Assembly (NCBI GenBank): GCA_048939625.1
Contig: JBHLPH010000029.1
Span: 1-19,654, forward strand
Reading direction: 5' to 3'
Source of the DNA: Promethearchaeota archaeon
Lineage (GTDB): Archaea > Asgardarchaeota > Hermodarchaeia > Hermodarchaeales > Hermodarchaeaceae
Length of the DNA stretch: 19,654 bases
This document shows positions 14,352 through 19,654 of the stretch, piece after piece. The position numbers and the translations under genes are program-made. Positions within the stretch are counted from its first letter, which is position 1. Every line of letters begins with the position of its first letter. The notes under the pieces are model-generated. The model was given only the letters and a program-made list of their open reading frames with translations, was not told the DNA's origin and made no database searches.

Positions 14352-15287
14352 ATGCCAGGTCAAAATCAGTCTGTAGAGCCTAAAACTGTTCAAATCGGTG
14401 ATATCATCCTCGGAGGAGACAGGGGTGAATACCCGACCACACTTATACTTTCGATATTTCATCGTGGAGACCAGCTTGTAACCGATCCGGTTCAAGGCAT
14501 CTTCAACCAGAAACGAGCAACCCGTTATTTGACTCGGGCATTGAAACTTATTGAAACAACCGGAACCCCACTCATACTTGATGTCTTAGCGGAGACCCCT
14601 GAGGCAATGAATAATTACCTCACATTTCTAGCTGAACAAACTCCATCAATTCCATTCCTTATTGACAGCAGCTCCAGAGATGCACGACTAGCCGGTGTGA
14701 CAACCGCTAAGGATACAGGTCGTTTAGACTTGGCAATTTATGATGCTATAAGCCATCATACGTCCCCAGAAGAATTGAATGCTTTGAAGAAGGCAGGAAT
14801 TAAAGCGGCAATAATCCTTGCACATAATCCCCTTGATATACGCCCACAAGGTCGACTCGAAGCACTTCAAGGCACACCGGAAACTGAAGGTCTCCTCGAT
14901 AAAACCAAGACTGCCAAGATTACAAAAATCCTCGTTGACACAGTCGCCTTGGATCTCGCCGGTTTGAGTATTGCAGCTGCTGCTATGCGCTTTGTTAAGA
15001 ACCAATTAGGATATCCAGTAGGTGCGGGTTCAGCAAATAGCGTTGCGTTATGGCGTCATGCCTCTAGAATCTCGCCAGCCGCAAAGCGGTATCTAGCTTC
15101 ATCACTATGTACATATTTGCAATGCCATGGTGCTGATTTTATTCTAGCAGGACCTCTTCGTCGAGCTCCGCGTTTCTTTACCTCGGTTTCGGTTACAGAT
15201 GCCCTCCTTGCTTATACATCCGCCAATGGAGCCTATCCTGCACCCACACCAAAAACTCGCACTCATCCACGTTACAAAGTCCTTTAG
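14352..15287 (+). CDS. mtrH: MtrH-family methyl-H4MPT/H4folate:corrinoid methyltransferase, divergent and stand-alone
   Basis: GGDRGEYPT (vs GGQPGEYPT), GIFN, TPEAM, PFLIDS, GLL, GYPVG, ADF..GP and a C-terminal HP..K.L, all colinear with MtrH. Confidence 0.85.
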   Translation: MPGQNQSVEPKTVQIGDIILGGDRGEYPTTLILSIFHRGDQLVTDPVQGIFNQKRATRYLTRALKLIETTGTPLILDVLAETPEAMNNYLTFLAEQTPSIPFLIDSSSRDARLAGVTTAKDTGRLDLAIYDAISHHTSPEELNALKKAGIKAAIILAHNPLDIRPQGRLEALQGTPETEGLLDKTKTAKITKILVDTVALDLAGLSIAAAAMRFVKNQLGYPVGAGSANSVALWRHASRISPAAKRYLASSLCTYLQCHGADFILAGPLRRAPRFFTSVSVTDALLAYTSANGAYPAPTPKTRTHPRYKVL

Positions 15288-15306
15288 CAAGCACAGGAAA
15301 ACAGAG

Positions 15307-15570
15307 TTATTCCGAATAATCCGCTAACCGTTTCTGCTGCCCTTTTTCATCGCTTGGATGTTCTGCTTGAGAACTATCCAGCTTTTTATATTCAGAAATC
15401 AACACATGCCGTTCTCTAACTAGCCTGGGGCGGTGACAGCACATATGTACGCCTGAAGGCAAGATGAGTTTTGATGTAAGCTTTCCATGAACACGGATAT
15501 ACTCGCCACAATTTTTACACCGATATATTGTGTAATACTTAAACCGTGTCACAATCATCCAGACCTGCAA
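15307..15570 (-). CDS. Small Cys-motif metal-binding protein (CxxC-x22-CC)
   Basis: YRCKNCG...MCCHRP. GTGAGGT RBS-like sequence upstream of TTG 15570. Fills the gap between mtrH and the GNAT gene. Confidence 0.6.
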   Translation of the reverse strand: MQVWMIVTRFKYYTIYRCKNCGEYIRVHGKLTSKLILPSGVHMCCHRPRLVRERHVLISEYKKLDSSQAEHPSDEKGQQKRLADYSE

Positions 15571-15721
15571 TCAGGTTGGTTACCTCACTGAGAAAGGTTT
15601 GCTCATCTTAAAATGTTAGGATTCCACGAGCTGCATTCTTTTTACACATTTTCCAAAGTGCACCAATACAATTTTGAGGTAGCAACCAATCGAACGCTAA
15701 GCACTCAGAAGGGAAATTACA

Positions 15722-16969
15722 ATGGAACAAGATATTGGCGATGGATTCATCATGCGACCGGCGACTCCTGCAGACCAGGAGGCAATCACTGCCACGGTCA
15801 AAACAGTCTTTGGGAAAGACGTTAGCCCCATGATTGATCGACTCTTCAATTATCACCCGGATTTCCCAGTGTCTGACCATTTCTTAGTAATTGATACCAA
15901 CAAAGTCAAAGTCGCATCCTACTTTTGCCTTTCCCGCACCAAATGTGTTCTCAATGGCACTGAATTTCCTGTAGGGCATATGGAAATCGTTGCAACTCTC
16001 CCCGAATACCGCCATCGCGGGTTCATCCGACAACTCAACACAATCTTCGAACAACGTGTTGAAGAATATCAGCTCTCACTCCTTGTCATCATTGGAATTC
16101 CCTATTTCTATCGTAGTCTAGGTTATGTCTATGGTATTACTTGGGGTGGAACTTGTGTTGTTCCACTTGAACTCATTCCGAAACTGAAAAAGGGCGAAGA
16201 AGAATCGGTACAAATCATAGAGATAACTCAAGACACCTTCGACGAATATCTTGAAGCCCGCATTCAACGTAATTCCTATCTCGATTTTTATCGGAAAATC
16301 TCATCAGCGGATTATCCTTATCTTACACATGGTCGCCTAGGTGAGGATTCAGTTTACCGGTTCTATGTCGTCAAACACAAGAATGCCATCGTAGGATCTT
16401 TTATGCTCACGGTTGGATGGGGCTTCGTTGAAATCCACGAGCTATGGGTTGGCAACTTAACCCACATTCTTTCAATATTACGTTTCCTAAAAACAATGGC
16501 AAGACGACGACGGTTACCCCTCCGCATTTACCTCCCTTCACGTCCAGCGGTGAAATCAGCCATTGAAGGACTAAGCCGATCAAAATTCGAGCGACCCTAT
16601 GCATGGTATATTCGAATCCCATCAATTAAACGCTTCTTGGAAACAATCACTCCGGTTCTGGAACATCGCCTCGCCCAATCAGATTTTGCCCACTTGTCCG
16701 ACTCACTACGTTTGAATTGGTATCGGGCAGCAATAGAGATTATCTTCAAAGATGGGAAGGTCGACGAAATCAAAGAAATCCGTCGCCAAGATCTCAAAGA
16801 AGCTGATGTAGCTGTTCCATTTCCAACAATCTATCAACTGCTGATGGGGTACAAAACCATTGATGAACTGCACCAGATGTATCCTGATGCTGGTGGACGG
16901 GCATTTAAGCTACCAATCGTTCGTGTTCTATTCCCGAAAATTCGAGCTCAGCTTACACCCGATTTCTGA
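15722..16969 (+). CDS. GNAT acetyltransferase, Eis-like (tandem GNAT + SCP2-like C-terminus)
   Basis: VATLPEYRHRG acetyl-CoA motif A, GIPYFYRSLGY and a C-terminal QLLMGY. Length (415 aa) is typical of Eis-like proteins. Confidence 0.85.
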   Translation: MEQDIGDGFIMRPATPADQEAITATVKTVFGKDVSPMIDRLFNYHPDFPVSDHFLVIDTNKVKVASYFCLSRTKCVLNGTEFPVGHMEIVATLPEYRHRGFIRQLNTIFEQRVEEYQLSLLVIIGIPYFYRSLGYVYGITWGGTCVVPLELIPKLKKGEEESVQIIEITQDTFDEYLEARIQRNSYLDFYRKISSADYPYLTHGRLGEDSVYRFYVVKHKNAIVGSFMLTVGWGFVEIHELWVGNLTHILSILRFLKTMARRRRLPLRIYLPSRPAVKSAIEGLSRSKFERPYAWYIRIPSIKRFLETITPVLEHRLAQSDFAHLSDSLRLNWYRAAIEIIFKDGKVDEIKEIRRQDLKEADVAVPFPTIYQLLMGYKTIDELHQMYPDAGGRAFKLPIVRVLFPKIRAQLTPDF

Positions 16970-16976
16970 TTTAAAC

Positions 16977-16982
16977 AAAAAA
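16977..16982 (-). terminator. Oligo-T terminator candidate for the helicase gene
   Basis: T6 on the minus strand immediately after the TAA stop at 16983-16985. Confidence 0.4.
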
Positions 16983-19625
16983 TTAGACAAGGGGTTCTTC
17001 GGTGATTTCAGGCTTCTCAACCGTTGGAGCTTTCACTCCTTTTAATACCATTTCTGCTGTCTCTAAGGCTCCAGCCTTAAACAAAGGTGTATTATTGTTG
17101 CCACATTGATATGAGAAGGTACAAGCAGGACACCCCTCTAAGGCTTCACACGTACAATCATTCAGAATAACAGATACACGTCGTAGAGCCTCTTCCAGTC
17201 GGTCATAGAGTAACTTTGCAAGCCCGCTTCCTCCTGGGCTGCCGTCATAAATGAAGATAAGCCCAGAAGATCCCATCGAAACTCCACCAATGGCGTTTCG
17301 CCCACCGCCTGTCAGCATATCACTGCTTTCAATCAATGTATGTTCAAGGGCATGAAACCCACCTACGATGAGTTCCTCTTCAGTAATTTCGTTCTCCTTA
17401 TCAAGAGGCTTCTTTGAAACCTGAATCTGTTTGGCAGCCTCTTTGACCGCAGACATGGGATGTGGGGCCGTGAAAAAGAAACCTTTCGTTGGATAAGTGA
17501 ATTCCAACGGTTGGTCAAGATCCTTAGTTTTCACAATTCTATCCGTGTAGATGTCCTTGATTACATAACCGGTAATAACCTCGGTCATCCGCAAGTCCGC
17601 ATAATGCACGGTCATGCCATACACTTGCCTTGTGTCCAGTACACGGATAATTTCGGGGTTAACATGCCGGATGGGTTGAGTCATCTCACGGTGATTAGGG
17701 GGTAATCTCCTAACAACAGCTCTTCCAACACCATGACGATATTCGAATTCCAAGGATTCAAAGGTAGTGCCAGCAAGTAAATAGTAAGCTCCAGGGTGCA
17801 GTTCACCCATGGCAATCGGCATCTGGCGTTCACCGATGATCTTTCCATCCTGAATGATCTTCACACTATCCCCAATTCCTCGGATAGAGTAACGAGCCAA
17901 AATACGGCGGGCCTGGATGATATCCGGTCTTAACTTGCTTTTCGATTCTGTCAAGAATCCCTCCTTAAGCAACAGTTGAAGTATAGCTTGAAATTCTGCG
18001 AATTCCTCCTGGTCAATCGGCATATCAAGGGCGGCTGCCATTAATTGGTGGTACGCCACTACCTCATTATGCGGTTCAACATATGCCGGGTCAATATCCA
18101 TAAAATAGTCGTCAGGGTGCTCACGATAGTAGGTGCTAATAGCATCATTTTGACGAAGTGCTAAGATGGCAATGCTTTCTTGCCCTTTTCTTCCTGCTCG
18201 CCCAATCCGTTGGGTCAATCGAGTTATCCCTACTAACATTGATACAACACCTTCTAGGTCTCCAATGTCAATTCCCAACTCGAGGGTGGGTGTTGAAACC
18301 AGTAAGTCTAGTTCTCCCCGACGAAAATCGTCCTCTACTTGGCGACGATAGGTCATTGGAAGACCCGCGCGATGAACGGCACTCTTTAGTTGTGTACGTC
18401 GTGAGATTAGATTGATGACCTCTGCATTCTTGTGTGTATTCGCAAAAACAAGGGTCTTTAGATCATAGCGAACTAACTCTCGGGCAACCCCAGCAATCAT
18501 TGTGCTTTGACTCACACGTTCTGGATAAAGCATAAGAAAATGGATGATTCCCTTTTTTCCAGTTTCACAATGAATACTCATTACTGAACGGTCAAACAAG
18601 AGCTCAGCAAATTCTTGCGCATTCGCAACAGTGGCAGATGCTCCAATCAGCTGCAGAGGGGGACAAATCCGTTGAAGCCTTCGGAGAAGGAAATGGACGT
18701 TTGACCCAAAAGCTCCCACATAAACATGCAGTTCGTCTAGCACAACATGCTTAGCTGTGCGAACAAGTCTTCGAATGGGGTCACGCTGTCGAATCAAATG
18801 TAGGTGAAGCATATCAGGATTAGTAATCAGGATGTCAGGTGGCTGTTTGAAAATTGCTGCTCTTTCTGATTTGGGTGTGTCTCCATCAAGCACCGCAACA
18901 TCCAGCCCAACACTCGATGCGAGGACTGCCAGTTTTCCCGCTTGATCGCGTGCAAGAGCCTTTGTGGGATAGATGAAAATGGCTTCAACAGCACGTTGTT
19001 CTGCAGGCCGAAGAGGTCCCCAGCCAACTCGGTTTTCCAAGATTTGTTGAATCACAGGTAGAGCAAAGGCTTCCGTTTTTCCGGTTGCTGTTGGTGCAGA
19101 GACGACCACATCCTGACCATTTAGAATGTGCTGGATGGCTTTTTCTTGAAAAGCGAAGAGTTGGGTTACACCTTGCCGTTTTAGGGTTGCCTTTAATTGG
19201 TCATCGATTGGTGCCGCATCAATCAAACACCCTGGTTCAGGCGCAGTCTCGGAGAACTGTCGGTATTTGACTAATCGATAGGCGGAATCCCTAAGAATCC
19301 GCTGTAGTACTTCTGGTAATCGACTGAAAGAGGTCACTCCGGCTACTCTAAGCTGTTTTTCCCACTCCTCTTTGGATTTCAATGGTGTATCGACCTTCTT
19401 TTTATGGCGAGGTCTATGGGGCTTACCCTTTACTCTAGCCTTTTGGGTAAGTTCCCCGGCTTCCATGACGTCCACAAAGCGTAAATACGCTGCAACTGGA
19501 TCCCCAACCTCTCCAGGACTGGTCTGGTGGCTTGCCCCGCATTCTTTACAGATTACCATGAAATGGTTACCAGTACGTCTTACTTCCACAAAACCTGAGC
19601 ATCGTGGACATATCCTGTATGACAT
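16983..19625 (-). CDS. SF2 DEAD/DEAH helicase with C-terminal DUF1998 Zn domain (Hrq1/SftH/MrfA-like) and an N-terminal Zn ribbon
   Basis: APTATGKT, YPTKALARDQ, TNPDML, DELH, SAT, HRAG, LELGIDIG and QRIGRAGR. C-terminal HALEH, IYDGSPGGSG and CxC-x4-CPAC. N-terminal CPRC...CKEC. GGTGGGAG RBS. Confidence 0.93.
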   Translation of the reverse strand: MSYRICPRCSGFVEVRRTGNHFMVICKECGASHQTSPGEVGDPVAAYLRFVDVMEAGELTQKARVKGKPHRPRHKKKVDTPLKSKEEWEKQLRVAGVTSFSRLPEVLQRILRDSAYRLVKYRQFSETAPEPGCLIDAAPIDDQLKATLKRQGVTQLFAFQEKAIQHILNGQDVVVSAPTATGKTEAFALPVIQQILENRVGWGPLRPAEQRAVEAIFIYPTKALARDQAGKLAVLASSVGLDVAVLDGDTPKSERAAIFKQPPDILITNPDMLHLHLIRQRDPIRRLVRTAKHVVLDELHVYVGAFGSNVHFLLRRLQRICPPLQLIGASATVANAQEFAELLFDRSVMSIHCETGKKGIIHFLMLYPERVSQSTMIAGVARELVRYDLKTLVFANTHKNAEVINLISRRTQLKSAVHRAGLPMTYRRQVEDDFRRGELDLLVSTPTLELGIDIGDLEGVVSMLVGITRLTQRIGRAGRKGQESIAILALRQNDAISTYYREHPDDYFMDIDPAYVEPHNEVVAYHQLMAAALDMPIDQEEFAEFQAILQLLLKEGFLTESKSKLRPDIIQARRILARYSIRGIGDSVKIIQDGKIIGERQMPIAMGELHPGAYYLLAGTTFESLEFEYRHGVGRAVVRRLPPNHREMTQPIRHVNPEIIRVLDTRQVYGMTVHYADLRMTEVITGYVIKDIYTDRIVKTKDLDQPLEFTYPTKGFFFTAPHPMSAVKEAAKQIQVSKKPLDKENEITEEELIVGGFHALEHTLIESSDMLTGGGRNAIGGVSMGSSGLIFIYDGSPGGSGLAKLLYDRLEEALRRVSVILNDCTCEALEGCPACTFSYQCGNNNTPLFKAGALETAEMVLKGVKAPTVEKPEITEEPLV

Positions 19626-19654
19626 CGTTCGCTCCCACCAGCGGATTCCATTAC

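Noticed and set aside
14352-15287. Methanogenesis marker
   Set aside because: MtrH alone, without the membrane Mtr subunits or mcr, is common in non-methanogens.
16983-19625. DISARM or Druantia-type defence system suggested by DUF1998
   Set aside because: Single fused helicase-DUF1998 of the Hrq1/SftH type, with no DNA methylase, PLD nuclease or SNF2 partner in the window.

Overview
Gene-dense (about 20 CDSs) prokaryotic chromosomal segment of roughly 43-45% GC. It looks archaeal: GGTGA/GAGGT-type ribosome-binding sites, BRE+TTTAAA promoter-like boxes, an oligo-T terminator, a RadA-type paralog and a stand-alone MtrH. An Asgard-type anaerobe is a plausible but unverified source. Most genes are ordinary: membrane-anchored M14 peptidase (5'-truncated), FGGY kinase, nitroreductase, DUF998, HD protein, MFS, short MutY, EamA, SAM methyltransferase, YdjM-like hydrolase, PIG-L deacetylase, Eis-like GNAT and a Hrq1/SftH-type DUF1998 helicase. 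No rRNA, tRNA, CRISPR array or transposase was recognised. Best leads: (1) an apparently ATPase-dead RadA/Rad51 paralog that keeps the FxTA polymerisation motif, ends in a clamp-binding-like QTTLF, is GC-shifted and is flanked by a hairpin, phased repeats and a 19-bp palindrome; (2) an alkyl-DHAP-synthase (AGPS)-like flavoenzyme with the catalytic Tyr/His equivalents, translationally coupled to a GlpC/HdrD-like Fe-S protein, with a loop-deleted glycerol-kinase/YgcE-like kinase in the same window (possible ether-lipid or alkylglycerol pathway); (3) an orphan MtrH with altered conserved motifs; (4) a small desulforedoxin-like CxxC...CC protein. All family comparisons are by eye against recalled motifs; no searches were run.
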